The notes: generated by a model not told the origin, from the letters alone. Shown: positions 1-9,804, counted from the first letter of the stretch. The stretch: 45,422 nt of DNA from Flavobacteriales bacterium (GCA_947459165.1 CANHCW010000001.1:1-45422); one strand, 5' to 3'. Program-made: numbers and translations.

Positions 1-1
1 A

Positions 2-1624
2 TGGAAAATCAATGTGGCCCGTTCTGACTTCAAAAACAACGAAGTGAGTACCTGGGTGAAGATTCCCAGAATGTTCAATATCAGCGCACTCATTTTTACC
101 GGGGAACTCATTTGGACAGATCCACCCAAAAGAAAGGGTCCGAATATTGCCTTCATTCCCTATGTGAGTAGCTTAGCTCGAGGAGGGAAAGGAGAATTTT
201 TAAATAGCAATTCGCCACGCTTGGGAATGGATGCCAAGATTGCAGTGAGTACCTCACTGAATGCTGATCTTACGGTGAACCCTGATTTTGCTCAAGTGGA
301 TGTAGACGAACAACAGATAAACCTCACCCGATTTAACTTGTTTTTTCCTGAAAGACGCCAATTTTTTATAGAAAACAGCGATCTGTTTGCACAGTTTGGT
401 TTCAGGCAAATCAGGCCATTTTTCAGCAGGCGAATTGGTTTGTCTTCGGCAGGTAATATACCTATTGATGCCGGTGCAAGGATAACAGGCAAACTGGGGA
501 AAGACCTGAGGGTTGGGCTGATGAATGTACAAACGCGGGGAGTTGATTCCTCGAATCTACCTGGAAAGAACTACACCGTTGCAGCGTTTCAAAGAAGGGT
601 ATTTACCGCCAGTACGGTTGGCGGTATTTTTGTCAACCAGATGAATACGGGGCAAAAGGATGCTGCCTCTTCCTCAATTGCGGGACTTGAATACAATTTA
701 CTTACCTCCAACAATCGCTGGGTTGGCAAGGCATTCATACAAAAGGCGCTTTATTCAGGTCTGAAATCAAATCAGGGATATGCACATGCCAGTTTCTTGT
801 TTTACCGCACATTGAAATGGGAATTGATGTGGAACCACGAATATGTCAGTTCAACATTCAGGGCGCCAACAGGTTTTGTTCCCAGAATTGAAAATTATGA
901 TCCCTCAGTAAAGAAAACCTATTTCATGAGTTATGGTCGTTTGGAACCGCTTGTAACACGCGTTTTTTACCCTAAAAGCAAATTGATTAATAACTATTCG
1001 TTTACTGCTTATAACAGTTCTTATTTCGATAGTGCGGGAGAGTCAACCGAAAGACTAACCCAAGTTTACGGAAGGATTAACTTTCAGAATAGTGCACTGG
1101 TGAAACTGACCTTCTCAAATGAATTCTTTAATTTGTTTTTGCCTTTTTCACCTTTCGGAAAAAATACGAGTTTGATTACGGGCAAATACAACTTCAACAG
1201 CGTTTCGGGTGTATTCACCAGTAACAATCGCAAAAGGCTCAATGGCTCATTGGAAATGGGGTATGGACAATATTTCGGGGGAAGGAAATTTACAACGGTG
1301 ACTGCATTGCAGTATCGCATTCAGCCACGGTGGCTGTTTAATTTAAATTACCGCAGAATTGATATTGGCATTCCCTCACTCGACACCTCTGTGTTGCATT
1401 TGGTGGGTTTGAAAACAGAATACAGCCTTAGCACCATTATGTACCTAACCGCCTTTCTTCAGTACAATACACAGTCGGAAAATGTAAATATCAATGTGCG
1501 TTTCCAATGGAGATACAGGCCCATGAGTGATTTTTTCATTGTTTACTCCGAGAATTACGATCCGTTTTTTATGACCAAAGACAGAAGTTTGGCCTTTAAA
1601 TGGGTTTACTGGTTTAACAGTTGA
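2..1624 (+). CDS. DUF5916-like secreted/outer-membrane-associated protein, C-terminal part (5' end outside the window)
   Basis: The frame is open from nt 2, with no stop before the GTG at 14 used by the ORF track, so the gene is truncated by the window edge. The sequence is beta-strand-rich with an aromatic C-terminus (..FKWVYWFNS). It resembles Bacteroidota DUF5916/CBM9-associated proteins; the family call is from memory only. Confidence 0.45.
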   Translation, partial: WKINVARSDFKNNEVSTWVKIPRMFNISALIFTGELIWTDPPKRKGPNIAFIPYVSSLARGGKGEFLNSNSPRLGMDAKIAVSTSLNADLTVNPDFAQVDVDEQQINLTRFNLFFPERRQFFIENSDLFAQFGFRQIRPFFSRRIGLSSAGNIPIDAGARITGKLGKDLRVGLMNVQTRGVDSSNLPGKNYTVAAFQRRVFTASTVGGIFVNQMNTGQKDAASSSIAGLEYNLLTSNNRWVGKAFIQKALYSGLKSNQGYAHASFLFYRTLKWELMWNHEYVSSTFRAPTGFVPRIENYDPSVKKTYFMSYGRLEPLVTRVFYPKSKLINNYSFTAYNSSYFDSAGESTERLTQVYGRINFQNSALVKLTFSNEFFNLFLPFSPFGKNTSLITGKYNFNSVSGVFTSNNRKRLNGSLEMGYGQYFGGRKFTTVTALQYRIQPRWLFNLNYRRIDIGIPSLDTSVLHLVGLKTEYSLSTIMYLTAFLQYNTQSENVNINVRFQWRYRPMSDFFIVYSENYDPFFMTKDRSLAFKWVYWFNS

Positions 1625-1630
1625 TTCTGA

Positions 1631-3454
1631 TTACGCCAGTTGCTGTAAACGGATGAGGTTAGAATACAATCCGTTCTTAGCCATCAGTTCGTTGTGCGTT
1701 CCCACCTCGGTGATTCTGCCCTGATCCATGACCACAATTAAATCGGCGTGGGTAACGGTGCTTAGTCTGTGCGCAATGATAATGCTGGTGCGGTTTTGCA
1801 TGAGTTTTTCCAGGGCCGCTTGTACCATTTTTTCACTTTGACTATCCAGTGCGCTGGTAGCTTCATCCAGAATGAGAATTTCGGGGTCTTTTAACAACGC
1901 CCTTGCGATTCCCAGACGCTGTCGTTGACCTCCGCTTAACTTGCTGCCCCTTTCTCCAATGTTGGTCTCATAACCATCGGAAAGCTGTGTAATGAATTCG
2001 TGGGCATAAGCGGCTTCTGCTGCCTGAATAATGTCTTCAGTTGCCGCTTCGGGTTTACCCAGCGCTATGTTGTTGCGAACCGTATCGTTGAAAAGAATGC
2101 TTTCCTGACTGACCATTCCAAGAAGCTGGCGGAGATCTTCCTGTTTAAATTCTCTTAAATCGTGTCCGTCGAGCAAAATGGCACCTGAATTAACATCGTA
2201 AAAGCGGGCCAATAAATCTGTGAGAGTGGTTTTTCCGGCACCGCTGGGACCAACCAATGCTATGGTTTGACCTTTGCGAATGGTAAGGTTAATGTCGTGC
2301 AGAACCTGTTTTTGTTCGCTGTAACCGAAATGAACACCCCTAAGTTCAATGGTGCTTTTAAAAGTGGGCTGTTTGGCGAAAACCGGGTCGGCGACAGTAA
2401 TAGGTGCATCAATAAGTTCGTGAATGCGTTTTAGACTTGCCTGTCCGCGAACAGCTGCCGAGTAAGATGTGCTCAGGGCCTTGAACGGATTGATAAGTTG
2501 GCTGAAAATGGCAAAATAAGTCAGAAAAAACTCAGGGTTGAGGTTGCCTTTGAAAACCATGTTGCCTCCAATCCACAAAAGCAAGGCAGAAACAGCGATA
2601 CCAATGGTTTCACTTAGGGGTGAAGACAAATCGTAGCGGCGCTGTACACCGATGTTGTTATTGGTGTAGGCAAGATCTTCACTGCTGTATTTCTTTTTGA
2701 AGAATTCCGAGGCATTAAACGCTTTGATGATGCGCATGCCACCGATGGTTTCTTCGAATGCAGACATGATGCGGCCTGCGAGTTCCTGATTGCGGGTGCT
2801 TTTTCTTCTCAGGCTTTTGCTGAGCAAACCAATAACCAAGGCTGTGATGGGCAAGAATAAAATAATGTAAAGGGTTAATTGTGGTGAAAGAATGAGCAAG
2901 GTGCTCAGAAAAAGCAAAATGGTAAGGGGTTGCATGTACAGGGCCTCCAGCGATACCATGAGGGCGAACTCAATTTCTTTCATGTCGTTGCTCATGCGAG
3001 AAAGCAAATCTCCCTTTCTTTCTTCGTTGAAATAGGCCACAGGCAGTTCAAGGCAGCGGTTGTAAATGTTCATGCGCATATTTCGCACGGCCAGATTGCG
3101 CAGTTTGGCCATAACCGCCATGGCGGCAAAGCGGCTCAGGTTCTTGATGATGGTGATAAGAATAAGTGCCACGCACAACATGGCCAGTGCTTTTAATGGG
3201 TCGCCTTTGGCCATACTGCCAAACCACTGAATAAAATCGTTGTAAACTGCTGCAAACCAGTTGCCAACATCTAATCCTTTGGTATCGACCGAAGGCGGAG
3301 GATCTTTTGGTTTAAACAGAAACTTGAGCACCGGCATAATCATGAGCAGGGTGCAGAGGTTGAGTACAACGAATAAAAGGTTAAAACCGAAATTCAGCAG
3401 AATTAGACCTTTGAAAGGTTTTGCATAACGGAAAAACTGTAAAATGGCTTTCAC
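1631..3454 (-). CDS. ABC transporter, fused permease/ATP-binding protein (MsbA-like exporter)
   Basis: 607 aa with an N-terminal 6-TM region. Walker A GPSGAGKTT, ABC signature LSGGQRQRLGIARAL, Walker B ILILDEATSALD, H-loop IIAHRLST. Confidence 0.85.
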   Translation of the reverse strand: MKAILQFFRYAKPFKGLILLNFGFNLLFVVLNLCTLLMIMPVLKFLFKPKDPPPSVDTKGLDVGNWFAAVYNDFIQWFGSMAKGDPLKALAMLCVALILITIIKNLSRFAAMAVMAKLRNLAVRNMRMNIYNRCLELPVAYFNEERKGDLLSRMSNDMKEIEFALMVSLEALYMQPLTILLFLSTLLILSPQLTLYIILFLPITALVIGLLSKSLRRKSTRNQELAGRIMSAFEETIGGMRIIKAFNASEFFKKKYSSEDLAYTNNNIGVQRRYDLSSPLSETIGIAVSALLLWIGGNMVFKGNLNPEFFLTYFAIFSQLINPFKALSTSYSAAVRGQASLKRIHELIDAPITVADPVFAKQPTFKSTIELRGVHFGYSEQKQVLHDINLTIRKGQTIALVGPSGAGKTTLTDLLARFYDVNSGAILLDGHDLREFKQEDLRQLLGMVSQESILFNDTVRNNIALGKPEAATEDIIQAAEAAYAHEFITQLSDGYETNIGERGSKLSGGQRQRLGIARALLKDPEILILDEATSALDSQSEKMVQAALEKLMQNRTSIIIAHRLSTVTHADLIVVMDQGRITEVGTHNELMAKNGLYSNLIRLQQLA

Positions 3455-3487
3455 CTGAATGCGAAATTAGGGAAATTTGCAGGCAGC

Positions 3488-4102
3488 ATGAGAAAAACCC
3501 TCTATTTCGTGGTGATTGTATTCTTGTTTGCCTGTTCGGGCAATCAAAAGTCTCTTGAACAGAAGCCTTCGGGTGCAAACGATTCAGCATATATACAGAA
3601 CATTTTGGCCGGCAGAAAGGACAAGGACAAAGCCTTTGCCATGAATGCCTCCAGTCCGTTCCATGACCAGGGTCCTGATTTTACTGGGCTGAACTATTTT
3701 CCTGTTGATTTAAAATGGAGGGTGAAGGCAGAATGGGATAAAACAGTTACCGGCAATACAGCAACCATTTCCGATACCAAAGGAAAGACCCGAGACTACG
3801 AACCTGCGGGCACTTTAAAATTTGTGATGCAAGGAAAAGCCTTCAGTATTCCCGTTTATTTTGAGGATTTGGATAAAAAAATTCTGTTTGTGATGTTCCG
3901 GGATTTAAGCAACGGAAAAACCACTTACGGAGGGGGGCGCTACATCGAATTCAGGGTTGCGGAGGAATTATGGCTCGATTTCAATCAGGCGTACAATCCA
4001 TTTTGTCATTACAACCACAACTATGCTTGTCCTGTGGTGCCTGCAACACACAAACTGGAGCTGAATGTAGAAGCCGGGGAGAAATTGTATTCGGTAAATT
4101 GA
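3488..4102 (+). CDS. DUF1684 family lipoprotein
   Basis: Lipoprotein signal MRKTLYFVVIVFLFAC-SG. Carries YFPVDLKWRV, GGGRYIEF and NPFCHYNHNYACP motifs typical of DUF1684. Confidence 0.6.
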   Translation: MRKTLYFVVIVFLFACSGNQKSLEQKPSGANDSAYIQNILAGRKDKDKAFAMNASSPFHDQGPDFTGLNYFPVDLKWRVKAEWDKTVTGNTATISDTKGKTRDYEPAGTLKFVMQGKAFSIPVYFEDLDKKILFVMFRDLSNGKTTYGGGRYIEFRVAEELWLDFNQAYNPFCHYNHNYACPVVPATHKLELNVEAGEKLYSVN

Positions 4103-4137
4103 CCACCGAAATATTGTTTAACAAAACGCAAAAATAC

Positions 4138-4668
4138 TTACACAAAACGAGGGTCAGCCTCCATGGTATGACCGCAATTTTTACAGGTACGCAAATCTTC
4201 TGAACCAAAATAATGCTTAAAATGAGGCAGAAAATCTGTTTCGATGTTTTGCAGTTCGAAGTAAACCTCGTGCAATTTGTTATTGCATTTGTCGCAGAAC
4301 CACAAAAGGCCGTCTTTATACCCCTTTTTTTCGCGAACCCGTTCAATAACCAGTCCGATACCGCCAGCCATGCGTCCGGGGCTGTGCGGAACACCGGCCG
4401 GATGCAAGTACATATCGCCGGCCTTTAAAGGAACTTCAACACATTTTCCATCCACCTGAATTTTGATAAGGGCTTCACCTTCGAGTTGATAGAAAAGCTC
4501 TTCCGTTTCGTTGTAATGATAATCCTTTCGGGCATTTGGACCGCCCACAATCATGACGATGTAATCGGTGCCTTCGGGGTACAGGTTTTTGTTGGCAACC
4601 GGGGGTTTCAGCAGGTGTCGGTTTTCCTCAATCCACTTGTTGAGGTTAAAAGGCATGCGGATGTCCAT
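4138..4668 (-). CDS. 3-hydroxyanthranilate 3,4-dioxygenase (kynurenine pathway to quinolinate)
   Basis: 176 aa cupin. The N-terminus (FNLNKWIEENRHLLKPPV..NK) and HYNETEELFYQLEG are typical of this enzyme. The C-terminal CDKC...CKNC pair matches the rubredoxin-like site of bacterial 3-HAO. Confidence 0.8.
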   Translation of the reverse strand: MDIRMPFNLNKWIEENRHLLKPPVANKNLYPEGTDYIVMIVGGPNARKDYHYNETEELFYQLEGEALIKIQVDGKCVEVPLKAGDMYLHPAGVPHSPGRMAGGIGLVIERVREKKGYKDGLLWFCDKCNNKLHEVYFELQNIETDFLPHFKHYFGSEDLRTCKNCGHTMEADPRFV

Positions 4669-4722
4669 AGGGCAAACTTAACAAATTAGAATGACAAGCA
4701 AGTTGAATGTACCAAAAATGGC

Positions 4723-6372
4723 TTAAAATGCTGCCTTGTGGAGCTTAAAGGAAAGGCCATTGAATTCGAAAATCCAGATACCGGGCTGAAAATCATTGCC
4801 GTTTAGGGAGTTCCAGCCTTGACTTACCTTTAAATTATTTACCTTTTGGCCTGAAACGGTATATATATTGATTACACCCGGCTGATCTGCCCAGAAAAGG
4901 GCTTTTTCTCCCATAGAAAATCCGCGGCTGTTTAAAACCTGCATCTTTTTTTGATTAATAAGGTCATGCACAGCCAAACCGGGTAATAATCCGCGCGGAA
5001 AAAATGCTTTCACAATGGGCCAGTTGTATTTAGAGCCAAAAACCAGACTATCAGTTTTGATAAGAAGTTGTGCGGCCTGAGGCATGGTGATATTGGGTAA
5101 CAGCAGCGGCATGGCGGCGAGAAGCAGTTTTACCACGCTATCGCGACCGCATTCTTGCATGAGGTCGAAAAGGGCGGCACCGAAAATTTGTCCGTCGGTA
5201 TGGGGTTGGTTGGTGAGAGAGGCCGGAAAGGTTCTGCTGTTTTCCAGATTGCGACCTTCCCAGAAGATGTTGTGCCCGTCCCAGTTGTAAACCCTGCCAC
5301 CTTGATTGAGAGTCCACAAACGGCTGTATGCCACGGCCATAAAATCGCAAATACCTTCTTCAATCGATTGCCTTTGGGTTCCCTGATAACTGCGAGGAAG
5401 TGCGCCTTGTATAGCGGCGTGTGTGTATTCGTGAATGAGTGCATCGGCATCTTCGGCATCGTCAACTCCGCCCGTTCCCCACTCGATGGTTGGCGGATTG
5501 GGTGTGGGATTATACGCGCTTTCATCGGCGCCGCCGAGTGCATGTGCATCGACTAAAACGGTATCGGCTCGAAAACCGAACCCTAGCGAATCCCACCATT
5601 GGTAACAGCGGTGAAGGTGATAAACAGCCATGGCATCTTCGAATGAAGGTTGACTGCGGTTGTGGGCGAACGAAGTTTTGGTAAAGGTTTTTGGAGTGGC
5701 GGGTGCGCTGATTGCAGCCAACTGCACGCGGGTTGTACCCGGAATAAAACTATCGCCGGAAATGTGGCAGGGCAGTTTTATCCAGCGGTATTGCTGTTCG
5801 AAAAAATTGCTGTTGCTGTCGCCGGCATCGGTTTGGGGTTGTCCGTAAACAAAATTGCCGGGGCTAAGGGGGTCTGGATTGAAAATGCGGGCGGGAATGA
5901 GGGTGTCAGGACTGAAAAAAATGCGGCGGTTGATGGTTTGCGCAGTGTTGGTTTGAATATGCGTACGAATTTCGAAGCCGGACCGGGTGGAAACCCGGAA
6001 AAGTTGCCAAAGGCAGAGGCTGCTGTCGTAAAACCAGAAGAGTTTTTGTGGGTTTGCAATATTGTTGGTTTCGAAGTTGCAGGTGGACAATTCGTTGGCC
6101 ACAACCAAGCACATTTGGCCCTTGCATAAACGGGAAACCATGATGCCGTTGAGGGGCACACCGCGGTAAGTGAGAAAATAGGAGTGGTGGCTGGGGTTAT
6201 TTGTACTGACGGAAGCCGAAGCCAATCCATAAGATAATGAGTATTGTTTGCCCAGCCACCGTTTAAGTAAAAAATCGGGGCTACTCTCAGGGGTACAAGA
6301 GAACTGTGTAATTGACTGTCCTGTTGTTTGTAGAAACATACAGGCAAAGCCAACCAAAATCGTGCACCGCAT
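4723..6372 (-). CDS. Secreted HExxH zinc metalloprotease with T9SS C-terminal sorting domain
   Basis: Signal peptide, zinc motif DADALIHEYTHAAIQG, and a C-terminal ~70 aa beta-sandwich-like tail (VINIYTVSGQKV...GIWIFEFNGLSFKL) resembling a Por secretion tail. Confidence 0.55.
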   Translation of the reverse strand: MRCTILVGFACMFLQTTGQSITQFSCTPESSPDFLLKRWLGKQYSLSYGLASASVSTNNPSHHSYFLTYRGVPLNGIMVSRLCKGQMCLVVANELSTCNFETNNIANPQKLFWFYDSSLCLWQLFRVSTRSGFEIRTHIQTNTAQTINRRIFFSPDTLIPARIFNPDPLSPGNFVYGQPQTDAGDSNSNFFEQQYRWIKLPCHISGDSFIPGTTRVQLAAISAPATPKTFTKTSFAHNRSQPSFEDAMAVYHLHRCYQWWDSLGFGFRADTVLVDAHALGGADESAYNPTPNPPTIEWGTGGVDDAEDADALIHEYTHAAIQGALPRSYQGTQRQSIEEGICDFMAVAYSRLWTLNQGGRVYNWDGHNIFWEGRNLENSRTFPASLTNQPHTDGQIFGAALFDLMQECGRDSVVKLLLAAMPLLLPNITMPQAAQLLIKTDSLVFGSKYNWPIVKAFFPRGLLPGLAVHDLINQKKMQVLNSRGFSMGEKALFWADQPGVINIYTVSGQKVNNLKVSQGWNSLNGNDFQPGIWIFEFNGLSFKLHKAAF

Positions 6373-6418
6373 ACCACAAATTTAGTGAAGACGGGGGTTG
6401 AAACTGAAAAAAGCGCAT

Positions 6419-6426
6419 TAACTTTG
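6419..6426 (+). promoter_or_regulatory. Candidate Bacteroidota -7 promoter box (TAACTTTG) for purF
   Basis: Matches TAnnTTTG and ends 16 nt upstream of the purF ATG. The -33 element is only approximate (GTTG, 18-nt spacer). Confidence 0.3.
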
Positions 6427-6442
6427 CCATCCCTGAATAGGA

Positions 6443-8335
6443 ATGAGTGATTCCATTAAGCACGAATGCGGGGTGGCCTTCATTCGGTTGCGAAAACCCC
6501 TCAGCTTTTACCGAGAAAAATACGGAACACCCCTTTACGGACTGAGGCAATTGCAGTTTTTAATGACCAAACAGCTGAACCGCGGGCAGGATGGCGCGGG
6601 CATTGGCGTGGTGAAACTGGACCCTGATTTTGGGGCGCGTTATTTGGCCAGAAAGCGCAGCGCGTCGAAAACGGCGATTAGCGATATTTTTGATGAAGTG
6701 GCGGTTACCTATGCGCAGTTACCGGAAGAGAAGCGCGAGGATTTGGAGTATCTCAAACAGCATTATCCCTATGCCGGCGAGTTGTTGCTGGGGCATTTGC
6801 GGTACGGTACCTACGGGGGAAACAGCTTGGAGAACATCCATCCGTTTTTAAGGCAGAACAATTGGATGGCCCGAAACCTGATGCTGGCGGGCAATTATAA
6901 TGTAACGAATGTAGATGAGCTGTTTCAAACGCTGATAGACTTGGGGCAACAGCCCAAAGAGAAAAGCGACAATGTATTGATGCTGGAAAAGATCGGTCAT
7001 TTTATTGATGAAGAAAACCAGCGATTGTTCAAGATTTTTAAGAGTCAGGGTTTTGACAACCGCGAGATCACAGATAAGATTATAGAGGAAATGAACCTGG
7101 TGAATGTGTTGAAGCGGTCGTTTAAAAATGTGGATGGCGGTTACAACATGGTGGGTTTGCTAGGCCATGGCGATGCTTTCATTGTTAGGGATCCGGCGGG
7201 GATTAGGCCCAGTTTTTATTACCAGAATGAAGAGGTGGTGGTGGTTGCTTCGGAAAGAAGTGCGATTCAAACCGTTTTTAATACTGCAATTGAAGACATA
7301 CAGGAATTGGGTCCGGGCAATGCTTTGATTGTGAGAAAAGCCGGGCAGGTGGCAGAGGTGAACATTGTTGAGCCCACAAAGAAACTGAGCTGTTCGTTTG
7401 AGAGAATTTACTTTGCAAGGGGCAACGATGCCGATATTTATGCCGAACGCCGGGAACTGGGCCGGGTGTTGAGCAAGCAGGTGGCACAGCGCCTCGATAA
7501 TGATTTTGACAATGCTGTTTTTGCCTATGTGCCGAATACCGCGGCCACTGCATTTTACGGTTTGATTGACGGCGTGCACGACATTATTAGGGAGAAGCAG
7601 GCAGAGGCGATTGCAGGCATCGATCCGGTTAAGGATGCCCAAAAATTAAGGGAAATTTTAGACTGGAAACCCCGCAGGCAGAAAGTGCTGATAAAAGATG
7701 CCAAAATGCGCACCTTTATTACCAACGACAACGACCGTGAGGGTGTTGTGGGCGGGGCGTATGATGTGACTTACGGAACCATCAGGCCGGGGCAGGATAG
7801 TTTGGTTATTATTGACGATAGCATTGTGCGCGGAACCACCTTGCGCACAAGCATTTTAAGAATATTGGACAGGCTGGCCCCCAAAAAGATTTTGTTGTTG
7901 AGTTCGGCACCGCAAATCCGTTACCCCGATTGTTACGGCATTGACATGAGCCGGATGGGTGATTTTGCGGCATTTCAGGCAGCAGTGCAGATATTGAAAG
8001 AAGAAGGACGGACAAGTCTGTTGGATGAACTTTGCGAACTGGCTAAAATTGAACTGGATAAGCCGGCTGAAGAGCAGGTGAATGTGGTGCAAAAGCTTTA
8101 CGAAGGCATGACCGATGAGCAGATTAGCAAGAAGGTTGCAGAAATGGTAAAACCAGTAGACTTAAAAGCAGAATTAGAGATTATTTATCAGTCGGTTGAA
8201 GATTTGCACAGGGCTTGTCCGGGCCACGAAGGAGACTGGTATTTTACAGGCAATTATCCTACGCCCGGTGGGGTGAAAGTAGCGAACCGATCTTTTGTGT
8301 ATTACATGGAGGGGCGGAGAGAAAGAGCTTATTGA
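6443..8335 (+). CDS. purF: Amidophosphoribosyltransferase (long Bacteroidota form)
   Basis: N-terminal Ntn cysteine context KHECGVAF and PRPP-binding loop SLVIIDDSIVRGTT. The 630 aa length is typical of Bacteroidota PurF. Confidence 0.85.
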   Translation: MSDSIKHECGVAFIRLRKPLSFYREKYGTPLYGLRQLQFLMTKQLNRGQDGAGIGVVKLDPDFGARYLARKRSASKTAISDIFDEVAVTYAQLPEEKREDLEYLKQHYPYAGELLLGHLRYGTYGGNSLENIHPFLRQNNWMARNLMLAGNYNVTNVDELFQTLIDLGQQPKEKSDNVLMLEKIGHFIDEENQRLFKIFKSQGFDNREITDKIIEEMNLVNVLKRSFKNVDGGYNMVGLLGHGDAFIVRDPAGIRPSFYYQNEEVVVVASERSAIQTVFNTAIEDIQELGPGNALIVRKAGQVAEVNIVEPTKKLSCSFERIYFARGNDADIYAERRELGRVLSKQVAQRLDNDFDNAVFAYVPNTAATAFYGLIDGVHDIIREKQAEAIAGIDPVKDAQKLREILDWKPRRQKVLIKDAKMRTFITNDNDREGVVGGAYDVTYGTIRPGQDSLVIIDDSIVRGTTLRTSILRILDRLAPKKILLLSSAPQIRYPDCYGIDMSRMGDFAAFQAAVQILKEEGRTSLLDELCELAKIELDKPAEEQVNVVQKLYEGMTDEQISKKVAEMVKPVDLKAELEIIYQSVEDLHRACPGHEGDWYFTGNYPTPGGVKVANRSFVYYMEGRRERAY

Positions 8336-8480
8336 TTAGTTGATAGTTTACAGTTGACAGTGTATAGTTTTTAACTGTTTAACTTAAAGACTGATTTGGT
8401 GCAATAATATTTTGTTGAGGGTATGAAATTATTGAATTTTTGGTTGATACTGAATAGTTTATTCATTTCTCCATGCTTGC

Positions 8481-9008
8481 TTAAGGCTGTTTTTTAACAA
8501 AACCAAGGCTGATTCCATTGATGCAATATCGCAATCCGGTGGGTTGCCCGTAGCCATCGTTGAATACATGGCCCAAATGACCGCCGCATTTGGCACATAC
8601 CACTTCGGTGCGGATCATTCCGTGCGAATAATCGGTTATTTCGCGAATTCGGTCTTTTGAAATTCCCTGGTAAAAACTAGGCCAGCCACAGCCTGCATCG
8701 AATTTGGTACTGCTGTGAAAAAGTTCGCTTCCGCAGCCTTTGCAAACATAAGTTCCGCTGTCCCAAAGGGTTTCAAATTCACTGCTAAAAGGCCTTTCTG
8801 TTCCTTTTTGTCTGAGAACCCTGTATTCATCAGGCGTTAACCTGGCTTTCCAATCCTCGTCGTTTAGTTTGCTGAAATCTGTATTGCTGTCGTTCATGGG
8901 TGGTTTGCCGGTTTGTGTTGCGGTGGTTGATGAAACTTTGATTCCACTTCTGCATTGCCATAAAAGCAGTACAAGCAGGATGTAAAACCAAATAAACCGC
9001 AGTTTCAT
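8481..9008 (-). CDS. msrB: Peptide-methionine (R)-S-oxide reductase with signal peptide
   Basis: CKGCGSELF and [12 protein letters not shown] zinc CxxC pairs and catalytic RYCINGISL. Has an N-terminal hydrophobic signal sequence. Confidence 0.85.
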   Translation of the reverse strand: MKLRFIWFYILLVLLLWQCRSGIKVSSTTATQTGKPPMNDSNTDFSKLNDEDWKARLTPDEYRVLRQKGTERPFSSEFETLWDSGTYVCKGCGSELFHSSTKFDAGCGWPSFYQGISKDRIREITDYSHGMIRTEVVCAKCGGHLGHVFNDGYGQPTGLRYCINGISLGFVKKQP

Positions 9009-9126
9009 ACCAATTAAACACCGGTCGCGGGAGGATTGTTTTTACATGATTTGTGCAGCCGGGCATGGGTGCAGAGCAAAGGAAATGGGTCAATAAATTC
9101 AACTTTAACAAAGGTAGAATCAACCC

Positions 9127-9134
9127 TATCTTTG
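9127..9134 (+). promoter_or_regulatory. Candidate -7 promoter box (TATCTTTG)
   Basis: Matches TAnnTTTG and ends only 7 nt before the TTG start at 9142. There is a TTTA (near -33 TTTG) 19 nt upstream. Confidence 0.3.
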
Positions 9135-9141
9135 CATTTCC

Positions 9142-9804
9142 TTGAACTATTTTGCCCATTATTATTTTGATCATTTGAGGCAGTCTGAGTTGCATAACTT
9201 TGGGCTGGCTTTACCTGATTTTGTAAGAAATTTTGTGAAGGGTAGAAGGTTAAAACCCAATCCGAATTTGGTTTTTCAACACACTGAAATGCAATTACTG
9301 CATGAGGGAACCATGAAGCATATCAGCAGGGATGCCCGTTTTCACGGAAGTGGTTTTTTCAAGCAGGCATCGGACAGAACGGGTAAATTGTTGACTCCGG
9401 TTTTCAAGCAGGCCTGCATTCCCCGTTCCTGGTGGGGTGCGCATTTGCTTACCGAGATGATGCTGGACAGGATTTTAATGAAAGAGAATCCCGTACTTAT
9501 CCGTCAGTTTTATGAAGATTTGGAAAGAAGCAACGAGGTGGTGGTTGGAGATTACATACTGCAAAACGGGATTGCAGAAACCCATGATTTTTTCACCCGT
9601 CTGGATCGTTTCAGGCAATTGCAATATTTATTGAGGTACATTGAAGATGATGCGATGGTATATTCATTAAGCAGGGTGTACATGTATGTTGGAGTCAGTG
9701 CAGAGTGGTCCATGGATCAAGCTAAAATGGTAATACCCACCATTCAATTGATTGAGCAGGAAATTGCTCCATTGATAGCACAGTTAAAGGAGGAGATGCA
9801 ATGA
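9142..9804 (+). CDS. Acyl carrier protein phosphodiesterase (AcpH/DUF479)-like protein
   Basis: The N-terminus (M)NYFAHYYFDH...GLALPDFVRNF resembles the AcpH MNFLAH...DFVR signature. TTG is the only start available near the N-terminus. Confidence 0.4.
   Translation: MNYFAHYYFDHLRQSELHNFGLALPDFVRNFVKGRRLKPNPNLVFQHTEMQLLHEGTMKHISRDARFHGSGFFKQASDRTGKLLTPVFKQACIPRSWWGAHLLTEMMLDRILMKENPVLIRQFYEDLERSNEVVVGDYILQNGIAETHDFFTRLDRFRQLQYLLRYIEDDAMVYSLSRVYMYVGVSAEWSMDQAKMVIPTIQLIEQEIAPLIAQLKEEMQ

Noticed and set aside
5650-6377. 159-aa (+) and 199-aa (-) ORFs overlapping the N-terminal part of the metalloprotease gene
   Set aside because: Their composition is P/T/S/A-rich and off-frame-like, and they have no signal or motif. 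They are explained by the locally high GC content. The 549-aa frame has a signal peptide, HExxH and a T9SS tail.
8336-8480. AT-rich 145-bp purF/msrB convergent spacer with GTTGATA/ATAGTTTA repeats and an ACAGTT...AACTGT stem
   Set aside because: The repeats are short and degenerate, and the stem is only 6 bp with a 17-nt loop. It is most simply a weak terminator region. It is too short and unstructured for a known ncRNA class that I can recognise.
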